From Bugula neritina (lineage: Eukaryota; Animalia; Bryozoa): a stretch of 64,000 nt of DNA. Shown here piece after piece: positions 41,380 to 54,662 of the stretch. The translations under genes were made by a program, and so were the position numbers. The stretch's first letter is position 1. Each line of letters starts with the position of its first letter. The stretch is from NCBI GenBank assembly GCA_964035545.1, contig OZ037767.1, positions 22,274,628 through 22,338,627 on the forward strand, given 5' to 3'. Under the pieces are notes generated by a model. It saw nothing but the letters and a program-made list of their open reading frames with translations, did no database searches and was not told the origin of the DNA.

Positions 41380-41813
41380 ACAATACAGTAGTCCTTTTAA
41401 ATCATTTCCACCCACAAATACCCTTTATCAGCTACTTTCATCATATTGATGCAACTGAGTAGAGATGCACGCTTCTAAGTTGTGACTGCTTTCTTGTTTC
41501 TAGCTGCATTTTAAAATAAAACTTGCTGTTATTTGTTCAACTAATCACTAATCAGACTTTTTTGTTAGAATTTATATCAATGGTATTTGCCATCAGAGTA
41601 GTACTAAGTTTGAGGGAAGCTTTTGGTTTTAACAGGCCCATGACTCCATGACTGAAAGTAGGTGATTTTAAAAAAGATAACAAAACACATTTAAGAACAT
41701 CTATGTTCACAATCTGGCATTTAGTAGCAGGTGTTTGTTCCCAAACTATAGTAGTCTCTTCCACCAACGTGTTTCATAACAACTTTGGTATTCAGTTAAG
41801 TAGGCCAACGAAT

Positions 41814-44345
41814 ATGTTTTCCTGCTTTGTCATCTTGCTCTGTGCTGCCTCTTTTACAAGTGGTTTATTCTTTGACAGACAATCTCCTGACACCAGTGAT
41901 GTCTATGAGTTTGATTTTACTTTAACATGGGAAATGTCCATGTTATATACAGATGCTGAAGACGTACAGTGGGTAAGTGATACTTTGTTCTCAATCATTT
42001 GAATATTATAAAAAGTTTGTTACTTTTAGCTAGAAAAATCCTTCATGATAATTTTTTTATACAGAATAGCCCTCAGAGTATGAAATGCCCTGTAGACTGT
42101 TATTTTGGCTCTGTAGTGTTGAACTTAGCTTCTGTATGACATTACGCTATTTGTCTCACTGCCACATTGCATATTGTCTTAAGCCTAAGGCCACACTGTG
42201 CGTATTTTCGCATGCGAAAATTGAAATCACAAGTAGCAAAGGTGTCCACTGTAGCGTCAGTGATGCGTGATAAATAAAGCTTTCATTTTTAAATTGCACT
42301 CGCTTTCAATAAAACGCAACTTACTGGAATGTAGCACTAAAATAAAGAAATTGGGCTCGCTGAATAACTATCAGCCAATTAGGTGACGACGACAGAGACG
42401 ATTCGCACTTGCGTTGAGAATGCTGAGCGACAAGTGCGAATGTTTTCTCAACGCGTACAGTGGACACCTTTGCTACCCGTGATTTCAATTTTCGCATGCG
42501 AAAATACGCACAGTGTGGCCCTAGGCTAACACTCAAACTAAATTATGCTGACATCTCAAAAGGTGTGGATGTTTAATAAACTAATGTTAATTAAAAAATG
42601 ATGGTCAGTGAAACTTCAACTGCTGCAAATTTTAAACTCATAGCAGATTGACTTATATTAGTATACTTCCTGGTATGGAAATTTCCAGAATACAGTAATT
42701 CGAACTGCACATCAAGATATTGAATTTTATCATTATGATCAAAAATGTTTTGAAGCTGCACACTTAATAGTTAAAGATCTATAAAGCATTTACTCAATAC
42801 ATTTTATAAACTATGACATTCACAGCAAATATTTTTTGAAGCTAATCTGAATTGGCAACTCATGTGCAATTACGTAACTCAAAAACTATGCCCTAGACAT
42901 GAGAATGATCGCATTGTGGTATGTTTGCATAAACCATTTTTTGGCAAGATTTGTGTACTATAATATAAAGATCATGATTTTTGTGTAAACAATTTTCTGA
43001 ATTTGACAGTAATGCTTCTATTGTATTTACTCTACCTCTTATACATAGTTTATCAAGAATATCTAGAGTCTAGACAAATAGAGTAAAAGTTTGTTATTAT
43101 ACAAAGGAATACTAGGTAGACAAATGAGAGCTTACAAGTCAAAATATTTGGCAAGTTACAATGCAAGTGACAGCAAATGACAGGTTACAACAAGTGACAG
43201 CAAATGACAGGTTACATCAAGTGACAGCAAATGACAGGTTACATCAAGTGACAGCAAATGAAAGGTTACTAGTGACATTAAATGACAGGTTACAGGTGAC
43301 ATTAAATGACAGGTTACAACAAGTGACAATACATTAATTGCTTACAACTCAATAATACCAAAATCTATGCATCATGTACACAACTGAAGCAACTATTATA
43401 TTGCTTTCTGGGCAGATAAGCGGTGATAGTCATGCTTTTAGTGATGATATACAGTAGCATCCGATAAGTTATTAACTTCAAATGAGTGTCTATACTCTAT
43501 AGTCTATAAGATAGCAATGAGCTAAATACTTTTAATGTGGTTTTAATTTACATCTGAAGTCATTGCAACACAACAGCAAGCAGTCTCGCTTTATGCAATC
43601 AAAAATACTTATCATAGCATTTATTCAACACTCTGGAAAAGGTCAAAGGTTAGATGCAAGGACTTGATTTTATTGAAAGTATTAAATGTTTAAAACTCCC
43701 TTGACTGTTTTAAAAAAATGACTCATAATCTTTATACAATTTACACGACAAATCTACAATTTATAAATAATATGTGCAGGTCAGCTTATGTAACAAAACC
43801 TTTCCATTTTTGAAGGTACTAGGTGACCCTATTTTGTTAAAAGTTAATGGGTAACTTCAAAAATAGAAGCAGATTATATTATATTATATAACCTATGTTG
43901 TCTAATTGATATGTTATAATTGTTACCATAGTACTATTACACTTAGTGCTTGATTATAATGGCAAGTTTTAGTGTATCACAATCTCCATATTTCATGTTA
44001 CCAATTAATACCTTCTTAGAATGTCACCTTGGAAAATGGAGAGCTCTCTTACAACCCTAATGGCACTGATATTAAGCTGAGCTCAAAGGATGTGAACACT
44101 CTGGATGGAATTCAGGCTAAATATATCGGTATAAATGGGGAGTTTCCGGGACCTACACTAGAAGTGCCGCTTGGTGCAACAGTAAGTGAAATTATTCAAT
44201 TAACTGAGGCTTATTATTTGCTCTTACAATAATTATTATAGCAAAATTGTATCTAAAACTGACAAAATATTTTGGTCGTAAAGTTTATGCTTGATTACAT
44301 CTTGAATATAATGACAAAAATTCAAAGGCATGCATAATCAGACCT

Positions 44346-44441
<96 letters not shown>

Positions 44442-47400
44442 CCATTATAAGGCTGTAGGTTCCATAGCAAAAGGGCTCTTGTACTATGACATTATGATGT
44501 AATTTAGTATGGCGGCAGCCACTATTATTTGAATTGTTTATTAATCAATCAGTATCAGATATCGATGTATTTCCTCATTCCTATGTTTGAAGGGTAATAC
44601 AATTGTTTATATATCTTTCATAATGCAGTCATACTAAACACAAAACCAGCCTATATTTATACTCAAAACATAACTGGACCATCAAAGTAAACAAGTTACA
44701 AACAACAAAATATGCAAGTACGAATGAGTACACTTATTTACAACTGCATAATATTTAACAGAACTTACTTAATGCAAGATTTATTAAGCTTTATAATCAT
44801 TAACAACATGTTTTTTACCATACTTTTTATAGAGCAATAACTTTTGATAAATAGTCACAATATAGCCAGTATTTAAGCTAATCACTGCTCATCTAGCATT
44901 GTTTTCATAATAATTTGTGGTGGCTTTATTTAGCTTTACAACTTTTATAATTGCTTCTTTGTTTAGGTTGGGCTTTTAGTTGCATCATATTATTTACCAG
45001 ACTTCAATCACTGCAGAAAAGATTTATTTAAAGTTTATATTACTAACAATACTACTATGGCCTGTATGTTAACATATATTTATTGATTTCAAGTTTCTTT
45101 CAGAACCTACATTTCTTCTGCTCAGGTCTATGTACATGTACACAATCAACTGATGACTGACAGTGCTACAATACACTGGCATGGACTCACTCACAGAGGA
45201 AGTGGGGTAGCTGGTGGGAAGGGAACCCCCTGGTCTGACGGAGCCCCATACATTACTCAGTGTCCAATTCCACCTGGCAACAGCTTCACCTACAGGTATA
45301 TTTGCTGATTGCTGCCGTTTTTTACAATCTTTGATTACTAATAGCTATAATGGGCTTTTTTCTTAGAACAAAAATTAAAATTCTTTCAACAGATGATGCA
45401 CAACACTTTTCATACCAGCATATTCAGGTTATGAGGGGTCATTTTGAAATTATGTGAGGGTTTACTTGAGACTTGATTTTAATTAATCGCTTGAAATGGT
45501 TTTAACTATAGAAGTGTTGAAAATTTAAAAATTAATTTTTGCAAGTCAGATGTTTATATGATTCTCAATATTTTTAGATATCTATGCTACAGAGTACTGG
45601 GCCACACATATAATGGCTATAGCATAATATTTATTACATGTAACAACTTAAAGAATTGTCAATTCAAAGTATAATTAGTTAGCTGTGTTTCCTGACACAG
45701 GTTTGTGGCAGATGAGGCAGGTACCTTCTGGTACCACTCCCACCTCTCCATGCAAAGAATGGATGGACTGTTTGGAGCCTTTATAGTGTATGATAACAGC
45801 CGACCCAGTTACCCTTCATTCAATGTCCTAGTCAATGACTGGCTGCACATGGATTCAGATGAATTTGCCACATCCTTATATGGCCCTGGAGAAGATACTG
45901 CTACGTACAGTCGTAGGTTCAGCATTGGGTTAGCTCTGCTTTACTGAGCAAAACTCTGAGAAGAATCTGCTGCTCTGTATATGTTTAGCTAAATTGTAGC
46001 CGTTACTATATCTGTAGTGGTTACACACTGTAGTGGTTGCTAACATTAGTGGTTACTTACTGTAGCAATCACTAAATGTGGTGATTACTAGCTGCAGTAA
46101 ACACTAACTGTAGTAGTTGCTAGCTGTAGTGGTTGGTTCACTTTAGTAGCTACTAGCTGTAGCGGTTGCTCACTGTAGGTGCTACTATAGCTGTGATTAT
46201 AAATACTAAATTTTGAAAACAATTTTGGAAAGTTACTTTGAAGTTTAAAAAGTGGGACAAAAACAAAGCAAGTGTTATAATCAGGCAATGTGACATATCT
46301 CTCAAGTTCAAACTACATTTAGCTTTTTGCTATTATATACAAAACAGATGTTTTTGTCTTTAGACAGCACATGCCTTATTAATTGCACATATTTTGTAGC
46401 AATTCCAGACAGATATGATGACTTGGCAGATGAAGATGTTGGAGACTTGGCGTCTGACTCATTTCTGATAAATGGTAGAGGAAGATTCAACAACAACACG
46501 GCACCGCTGACTATTCACAGAGTTGATCAAGGGCAGCAGTACTTGTTTAGATTCATAAACACTGGGTTTGACAACATGGTGGAGGTAAAAAGTTTCTTGT
46601 GATGCTGAGAGCTTACTTTACTCTTTATCATGTATATAATGGTATTTTCAGAGATAGAAAGATGTTATAATGCTTGATAGACGTTCTCAAAAGTTGTTTT
46701 TCATAGTTTATGTAAAATATGAAATGAGGTGCTCTATTACTTGAAATTTTCACTTGATTTTAGGTAAAATGGCACAGGTAATAATGGCACAGGTAATAAT
46801 GGCACAGATAAAAATGGCACAGCTGGAGAAATATGTAAAAATGGCACACTGGTGTTAAATTTTCCCAAACCCAAATCCTAACCCTTAAACCCCAACCTCA
46901 AACTCAAACCCTCATCCCCAAATCTAAACCCACATTCCAAACCCCCCAACCTCCACCCCAAACTCTAATTTTGAAAATGTGCCATTTTTACCTACTTTAC
47001 CATTTGTGTCATTATTACCTGTGCAATTTTTACTTGTGCCAGTTTTACCTGTACACTTTTTTTACATTGCTTGTTGTATACTTTGCTAAGTTCTCTACCA
47101 GGTTTCCATTGATGGACACAGGATGACAGTTGTGGGAGTTGATAGTTGTGAAGTTGAGCCAGTTGTGTTGGACTCTGTGTTTTTAGCTATAGGCGAAAGA
47201 GTCAACGTTTTAATCACTGCTGATCAACCTGAAGGTGGGATAATTTTTATTCTATTTAATAACTATCAGCTTTTATAATGAATAATTAACAGGAAAATAT
47301 AAAGTTAAATGCTTTTTCAATTCTTCCAATTATTAAAGTACATACAATATTAATTATTGGCCATCATGACTTATAATGAAGGTACTTCTTTTGAATATTA

Positions 47401-50400
47401 TTACACTTGGGCTATCTCATAAACTCAATAAATATCATGTTGCTACTATGACTAGCATTGACAAGTTAGTATTTCATTCAGTTAAGTCAGAACATTGACC
47501 TAAACAATTTATCAGAAGCATTTGGAGTATAATGTAACATGTTATTATCACCAAGTGAGAAAGGATGATAGTGACATTAACCTATTGAGCTCTGTAATGC
47601 AGACAGAATATACTAATAAGCTATTTTTACAAAAATATATAATTATGTAATAGAATAAATGAATGGAAGTATTGTATTTGTATATTATGCATATGCCCCA
47701 GACTACATGTAAGAAACGTATAATAGATTTGTGTTCATTAAATTGGAAGAAGTTTATAGAGATGCCTTGATTTGTAACCTACTTCTCTCAAATTAATTTA
47801 AAGTCTACATTCCTATGAGAACTCCTGTTTAGTAGGGTTTTAATCTGACTGGGGGTGTGTCTCTTATCATGCTGGCAACAAAGTTTGAGGGTTTTTACTG
47901 CAGCACAAGAGCAGTTATGATCTTTCTAATGTCACCAATGACCTTGATTTGAACCCATGTGTCACATCTCTTATAGCTCTTTTCTCTATCCAAGAGGCCA
48001 CAAATTCATATCAGATAAAACTGCTTTTCATTAACTTTCAGTATAAAATGGGCAATGAATAGAAGTTTTTTACTGACACTGCTAATAAAATCTGAACAGA
48101 TTTCTAGTATCCTTTAATATTTCCGAGGGTGACTGCATTAAAATACTGCCAGTCTTGACTTAACAACCTGGTTATTTATTTGCATATTCCTGTTGAACAC
48201 TGGTTATTAAATCATTATTAAATCAAACTATGTGTGTTCAGTGGGCCCTTTCAAAGTTTTTTTAAATTTAATATGTTGATATTTCTGAGAAAGCAACATC
48301 CGTTGAAAGGTAAATTAAGTGAATGTTGCCAAGTGCGACTGTTGTGACAGTTAACGCAGGTAGCTGTTGTAAAGCATGACATCTGTGACAGCTAAAGCAG
48401 GTAACTGCTGTCAAGTGTGACATTGTTTAGCAAATGACTGTTCTATTTATAGCCAACTACTGGGTAAGGTACAGAGCACCTCACAAGAGCCAGACCCCTC
48501 TTGCTCATTCCATCCTCTCTTACACATCGTCTTCCGCTGACCCAAATACTGCTGCCAAACAGTGCACTGAGAGTAACAAATGTGTCGCTCTGAGCTGCCC
48601 CTTTCAGACAGCTCCTGGATGGAAGTGTATTCCTATGCATATGATGAAATCAACAAGTTATCACGCTGTAGAGGTTGAGAAAATTAGGTATAGTCTGCTT
48701 TAGAACTATTAGAAATGTTTGTCTTCATGCATTTCATTGTCAGGTTGCAATCCCAAGCTCAATTTACTAATATCATTGAGTCATTATTACATTTGCTTAT
48801 CACTTATTTATATGATAGTGTTTTGTATGTTGCATATATTGTCAAGTCTCACAGTTAAGATATGTAATAGCATAGTTTAGTAGATGGAGGTGTGTCACAA
48901 GAGCATATAGTAGACTTCTCAAGTACATGAAATTGAAAACTCAGCTTTCAAAATATAACCATAGAACTACTTTAATTCAAATATATGCTAACAGCCTATC
49001 GACTTTATTAAGAAATAACTCAAAGAGAAGCATTTGATGTTAATTATTTATTTATATAAAATATAAATAAATGAAGTATAGACTTATATATTTTGAATAT
49101 CAGACCCTGCTAAAGATGAATACAGTAGCATCCAAAATATAAGTTCACTTAATTTATTTACATAAATAAAGTATTATAGATGATTATTTTTGGTTTTTTA
49201 TTTTTTAATAATATATAATATATATCAAAGAACCTTAGAATTATAGCATTACTCAACAATAGGTTATGTATATAATGCTATATACTAAAACATCTTGCTT
49301 TAGTGACGGAAGTGACGGAAGTGACTTAAGTGAGCATTTCTTAGCCTACAGCTACATGGCTGGAGATTCTATTAATGGGAGAACATTGGAGTTGCCTTCT
49401 TCTCCATTCTACCAGCAGCATTACTCCAAGACAGGGACAGTGTGTAATGATACAGTTTGTGACAGTGTAGGCTGTGCCTGCACTCATGTCCGCAAGCTAC
49501 CAACTAATGTGAGTGCATCAGTATTACCAGATACCTCTGTACTCTGCTTCTACTAGTGTGTAAACTGATGAGAGCAGAATATGAAACTTTGAACAAATAT
49601 ATACTTTTTATTGAAATTTTTTATGCCAATTTGTAACTTGTTTGACTTATCTTACCTTGGCATATTTTGATGAAGAGACAGATTATACTAGTTGCTGTAG
49701 TTAGTAGCTGGTTAAAAACTTGTTAGGTATGGAAGCAGAAAAATTCCCTCTTGTATTGTGATATCAGCTGAAACAGCTGGCGTAAAATTATCTAACTTCA
49801 ACATAAATTGATAAAAAAAAAACTTTACTTTAAAGCTGCTAGTTTTGTTATTAATACTGCAGATAATTGGTAAAAAATATAGATACGGCCGGTGCAAAAG
49901 TTTTTAATGGTTGTCAAAGTTTCAGCTGCCAGTTAAAGGCTGTAGCAATCAAATTCAATTGAAAATAAATTTTTCATGCATGCACCATTAAAACGGTGGC
50001 ACTCAGTTAATCAGTAAGCTCAAAACAAATAATGCTTACGTGTTTTGTTGAGAGTAAAGAAGATTGTAGTCATTCACTTTTGAAACTGTTGCACTCCTCC
50101 TACTTTCAGTAATTGTGTGACTTTGAAACAGCTACTGCAGCTCACTGACCCAAATATATGCTTGTGTTTTGTAGAAAGTAGTGCAGATTGTTGTGATGCA
50201 TCATGTACTCAAGTTTTTCATCCATACCTGGCACATGCATGGTTATAGATTTGCCGTGTTAAAGGTTGCTTACCCACCTAAGGACAACAGTACTGGTCTT
50301 ATCATGTCCACATGTAAGTCCTTTGCTTGAATATTGAATACTAAAATGGCTAATATTTGTTTTTCTGTCTATTTAATCATCAAATTGATGTGCAAAGTTT

Positions 50401-53213
50401 GACGTATAACTATTTTTAACTATTTCTTTCAATAATATCATCGAGCCAACATTGGAAGAGGAGAGGGTGGTAGGCTGTAGAACAGTGGTTCCCAACCTTT
50501 TTCATACTATTCCCCCCTTTCATAAATGTTTACTATTAATTTCCCCCCTTTTGAAGAGCGAAAAGATTTTATGACTTAATGAATGAGAATATATGATACA
50601 ATGCAATATATTTTGTTCTATTATATTTACATATACTATAATTATGATAAGAGTATTATTATCGTTATTTTTATGTTATGAAACACAGAGCAGTTCACTT
50701 AATAATGTTATGGCTGCAGCTGATAATATTGTGCCAGCTTGCTTACATCTGGCTCTGTGTTTGACCAGGCCCATCTTAGGTCACCCTGCAAGTTAAGGCA
50801 GTTTCTCTTCTCTTTGAATTGATGAGAATTCTACCTCACACGGATAGGTGGTGCTGGATGGCACTAAAACTCTGCTTTGTCAGTTATGTGTGGGAAGAGT
50901 TTGCTTGTTGAAACCCACGATTATTTTAGGTAAAACTGGTGCATGAAAAAAATGGCACAGGTAATAATGACACAAATAGAAAATTAAGTAGAAATGGCAC
51001 ACTGGTGTTAAATTTTTCCAAACTCAAACCCCAACCCTTGAACACCCACCCCAAACTCCAGAACCCCAAGTACAAACCCAAAATCCTCACCTCAAACCCT
51101 TCTTTCACACTCCACACCCCCACCTCAAAATTGAAAACATATGCCATTTTTCCTACTTTTCCATGTGTGCCATTTTTACCTGTACCATTTCTACTGGACA
51201 CTAACCCACAATACATCAACGGGAGAAAATTTCCTATCACCCTTCATTGCTGAATTGTGAACCAACTAAATAAAATCTTCTTGCAACTCCTCTGAAAACT
51301 TGTTAACAAACCGTTGCAATCGGTCACATGTCAAGTTGAGAATCTAGCTCTTTCTTTGTCAGAGGTAGCGCAGAGAAATGCCGATTAAGTCGATTAAAAG
51401 TTCAGAGAGATGCCTAGAAAGATTTTTTGAAAAACGATCTGAAACAGTTGGTGTTCGGAAAAAACGGCACAGATAATAATGGCACAAATGGAAAATTAAG
51501 TAAATATAGCACATTTTCAATATTAGCATTGTAGATTTGAGTTGGGGGTTAGGCATTCTGGATGGGGGGTTTGGAGGTTTGGGTTTGAGAAAATTTAACA
51601 CCAGTGTACATTTTTACCTGTGCCATCTTTACCTAAAATCGGAACAGGTTCTTCTCCTGTAAAAGTTCATTGAGTGTGGGGAAAAACACCATATTTTTGA
51701 TAGATGCCACCATTTTAGTGTAACTTTAAAAACATTGCTGCTGCTATGAAAAGCAATGATATGATAATTGCACTCCTGCATTTTTAGGTTCAGATTATTT
51801 AGTGTAGCAAATATATTCACTAGGTATGTAGTATACAGCTCATAGAGATTGACTTGCATGGCTGCTAAAAGTTGGCCTGTTGGTTTTTGCAACTTTTTGA
51901 CCTTCATTCGAAGTAACACAGAGAACAGTTAGGCTAGAGTAATTAATAAACACGTTCATGTAGAAGTAAACTGAGATTGCAGAAGATGGTTTGGTTAAAT
52001 AGATGAACTAAAATGAAGGTTTATAGATATGCATATACATGTAACTTGCAAGAGTTCAAAAACCGTCAACAAAGCGCGTAAATTTTTCAAAATCCAAATT
52101 CCCCCCCTAAAATGTCCAAATTCCCCCCTAGGGGGGAATTCCCCCCAGGTTGGGAACCACTGCTGTAGAATAATAAAAAAAGCTAGAAAAGGACAAAAAT
52201 GATGAAGACAACATTTTTTTGAGAAATTAATTCTTTTGTAAACAATTAAAAAGAACAAAAAGTGATGACCAATTATAAAAGCACTTTATTGTTGTCAATA
52301 TAACATTTCGGAGTTGTCACACTTTCAGTAGCTGTAACACTTGGCTAAAAAACAACATTAGGACAATGCAGCCGTGTGGGATACACTTTGCACCTGTTTA
52401 CATACACTAGATCTAAGATAGTATGATAAATGCAAATGATTTCGCTACATAATAGTTTATATCAGACTGGGCACATTTCCTACAAATTCTATCTGCACCA
52501 TAACTGCTACATACTTAATTTTATAACAATTATATGTTGCTGTAGCAAAGTATTGCAGGTTTGAATGTGGTATATATTTAGATAATCGAGAAATAAACTG
52601 CTCCAATGACTTCTGCAATGATGCTCATTGGGCGAATGACAATATTGGCCAGTTCGATGTAGACAGACCGCCCTTGAAAGACACGGTGATGATACCAAAT
52701 GGTGGATACGCTGTAGTCAGGATATACACAGACAATCCTGGCTATTGGATGGCTCACTGTCACCAAACCGAACATCTACATGAAGGTTGGTAATAACGTT
52801 GCCTAGTAACATGATGCGTATGTAGTTATGTAGTAGTGTAGCTGAAGAGCTTTCTTATTCCCCTTACTTTTGCTATAGTTTTAGAAGAGCTTTTAAAATT
52901 ACTTCACTTGTTTTGCTAGTTTTAAAAAAGCATTTTTATTTTCTCACTAAATTTGTAAATTGTTTTTCAAATTTATTGATGAAACTTCATAAAACCTGAT
53001 TTGCAGAACAAACGATATACTTGTAGCACAAAAAATAAAATAGTCAATTTACTATTTAGTGAACAAATTGATTTTATGATTTTTAATTTTATACCAACAT
53101 ATTGCTTTACAGGTATGGCGATGGTGTTTGACGTGGATGGAGAGAGTGTGAAAGATACAATACCTCCAAACTTTCCTACCTGTGGTGACTTTAGACTCAG
53201 CCCAACTAAATAA
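41814..53213 (+). CDS. Laccase-like multicopper oxidase 1 (secreted, 11 exons, complete)
   Basis: Exons 41814-41972, 44020-44181, 45126-45295, 45701-45912, 46400-46584, 47102-47234, 48453-48687, 49304-49508, 50175-50313, 52582-52785 and 53113-53213 join in phase. Copper motifs [19 protein letters not shown] and [12 protein letters not shown]; C-terminal PPNFPTCG; AATAAA at about 53305. Confidence 0.93.
42183..42526. mobile_element. PIF/Harbinger-type MITE with long TIRs in laccase 1 intron 1
   Basis: About 70-bp near-perfect TIRs (GCCTAAGGCCACACTGTGCGTATTTTCGCATGCGAAAATTGAAATCAC...) and TAA target duplication at 42180-42182 and 42527-42529. Confidence 0.88.
43164..43329. repeat. Minisatellite with a 23-27 bp unit (CAAGTGACAGCAAATGACAGGTTACAT)
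   Basis: About six copies, degrading towards the 3' end. Confidence 0.9.
44349..44438. repeat. (TA)n microsatellite
   Basis: About 45 TA units. Confidence 0.97.
46762..47056. mobile_element. Foldback-type non-autonomous element: inverted arrays of 15-bp GGTAA[TA]AATGGCACA repeats around a C-rich CCCAAA/CCCTAA-like core
   Basis: About five repeats at the left end, about five reverse-complement repeats at the right end; four related copies in this window. Confidence 0.75.
47830..47990 (-). mobile_element. Degenerate tRNA-derived SINE in reverse orientation
   Basis: The reverse complement GGGTTCAAATC...CATTGGTGACATTAGAAAGATCATAACTGCTC matches the copy at 58015. Confidence 0.45.
50936..51201. 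mobile_element. Foldback-family copy nested in the hAT element
   Basis: GGTGCATGAAAAAAATGGCACAGG...C-rich core...GTACCATTTCTACTGGACACT; alignable to 46762-47056. Confidence 0.75.
51450..51626. mobile_element. Second foldback-family copy (opposite orientation) nested in the hAT element
   Basis: GGTGTTCGGAAAAAACGGCACAG...G-rich core...TTTTTACCTGTGCCAT. Confidence 0.7.
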
Positions 53214-54662
53214 GCTGTTAAAGATTTTCAGCACATTATGCTGATGTCATCAAATTGATAAATATTTTAATTTTCACACTTAACTCTAGCACCTTTAAAT
53301 ATATAATAAAGTAATGAAAATCCGACAAGTATTTTGCTTCAAGAGTTATTTAGTAACATGTTGAAACAACTTATGCATCTTTCTATATACATTAGCTTAG
53401 CAATGCAATAACTAGGCATGCATATGATATGCTGTGGCTAAATTTAGATAGTAAAATACAACAAATTCTGTAAAAAAATTTACAGCATGAAATGTCTTTA
53501 GCTGTAAGTATACTTATACCAGATGTTGTACTATAGTTATTTTGTACACAAATAAAAGCAGCTGCACACTGAAACTACTTTAGCTACTGCAACAACAACT
53601 TATGCAGCACCAATAATTTAACAAAAGAAGTTGTATGAATTTTTCATCTTGTGTTGAGGCAATCAAAATGGAAGCCCTTAAATCATGTACAATTAAAACT
53701 GTTTTAGTTTGTTTCTAACTGTTTATAATGGTCAAAACCTTATTCTCTGTGCAGCCAACTAATTCTGAGATAGCTATCTGTGATTGAGTTCCTTTTACAA
53801 TTCAGGTTTTAAGCGATCTCCCCCGAAATTTCGCTCCAACAGTGGCACAGTAAAAATCAAGATTAAGAAAATGTTCAAAAATAAAACTACTGAGCTCCAT
53901 TAACATAGAAGTTGACCTATTTTTCACTAATGATTGTTTATTAATATATTGTAATACAATATTTGTTCTGCTCTAAAAATTAATTTCAGTGGTTCGCTTA
54001 TATTATTGGAGCAAATAATTCTTAATATTTGTAAACTTCAACATCAATGTTTGTAGATTTGCAATTTTTATTTTCTTAGACTCAAATTTATAAATACTGA
54101 CTTTATAAAGTTTTGTAGGCCTCACACGACGTACGGTACGCAAAGCGTGAATAAGGGGTTCAAGAAAAACTTAATGCATAGAAAACTGAGCCCTAGTTAT
54201 GATACAATCATATACAAATTAGCAACCTTCACTATAGCATATATGTGATCATAACTCCAAATTATTATGAAGCTTTTAACTAGTGAAGTTTTACATTGAT
54301 AAATGAGTTATTTATGATAAAATTCTGATTGTAAAATTGACTTGGCATAATACATTTCTATTAGCTAACTTTGTGACTTGCCGTTGATTACAAAATTAGA
54401 ATGTTGATAGAAACAACAAGGTAAAATTGAATTACAGTACAGAATATGTAACACCTTCTGTAAGCTAGTCGGATGGTATGTCAGTGTACCAGCAAGCTAA
54501 CACTTTTTGAGTAACATGTAATCTATTTATAGCATATGAGGGCAATGTTAGGGTGATGCTTAACTTTAATGATAGCGTACAGTCTTATATCCTAATACAA
54601 TACACAGGTTACCAGTGCTTCAAGTCTCCGTTGCAGTCTATGTGAGGGAGTCTTCGTACAAG

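Larger units (their letters stand above)
50483..52162 (-). mobile_element. Internally deleted hAT (Buster/Charlie-type) DNA transposon with a decayed transposase C-terminus, in laccase 1 intron 9
   Basis: TIRs CAGTGGTTCCCAACCT / AGGTTGGGAACCACTG; perfect 8-bp TSD CTGTAGAA (50475-50482 and 52163-52170). Minus-strand remnants [32 protein letters not shown] and [16 protein letters not shown] resemble hAT dimerisation-region motifs. Confidence 0.9.

Noticed and set aside
49564-49592. CTGATGAGAGC...GAAAC hammerhead-like motif
   Set aside because: No complementary stem II or flanking stems.
50926-51601. ORFs of 80-104 aa rich in Pro/Lys or Gly/Phe
   Set aside because: They are read-throughs of the foldback repeat elements.
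52283-52332. Minus-strand CTGAAAGTGTGACAACTCCGAAATGTT...AATAAA resembling a Penelope-type ribozyme end
   Set aside because: The core deviates from CUGANGA and stem II is incomplete.
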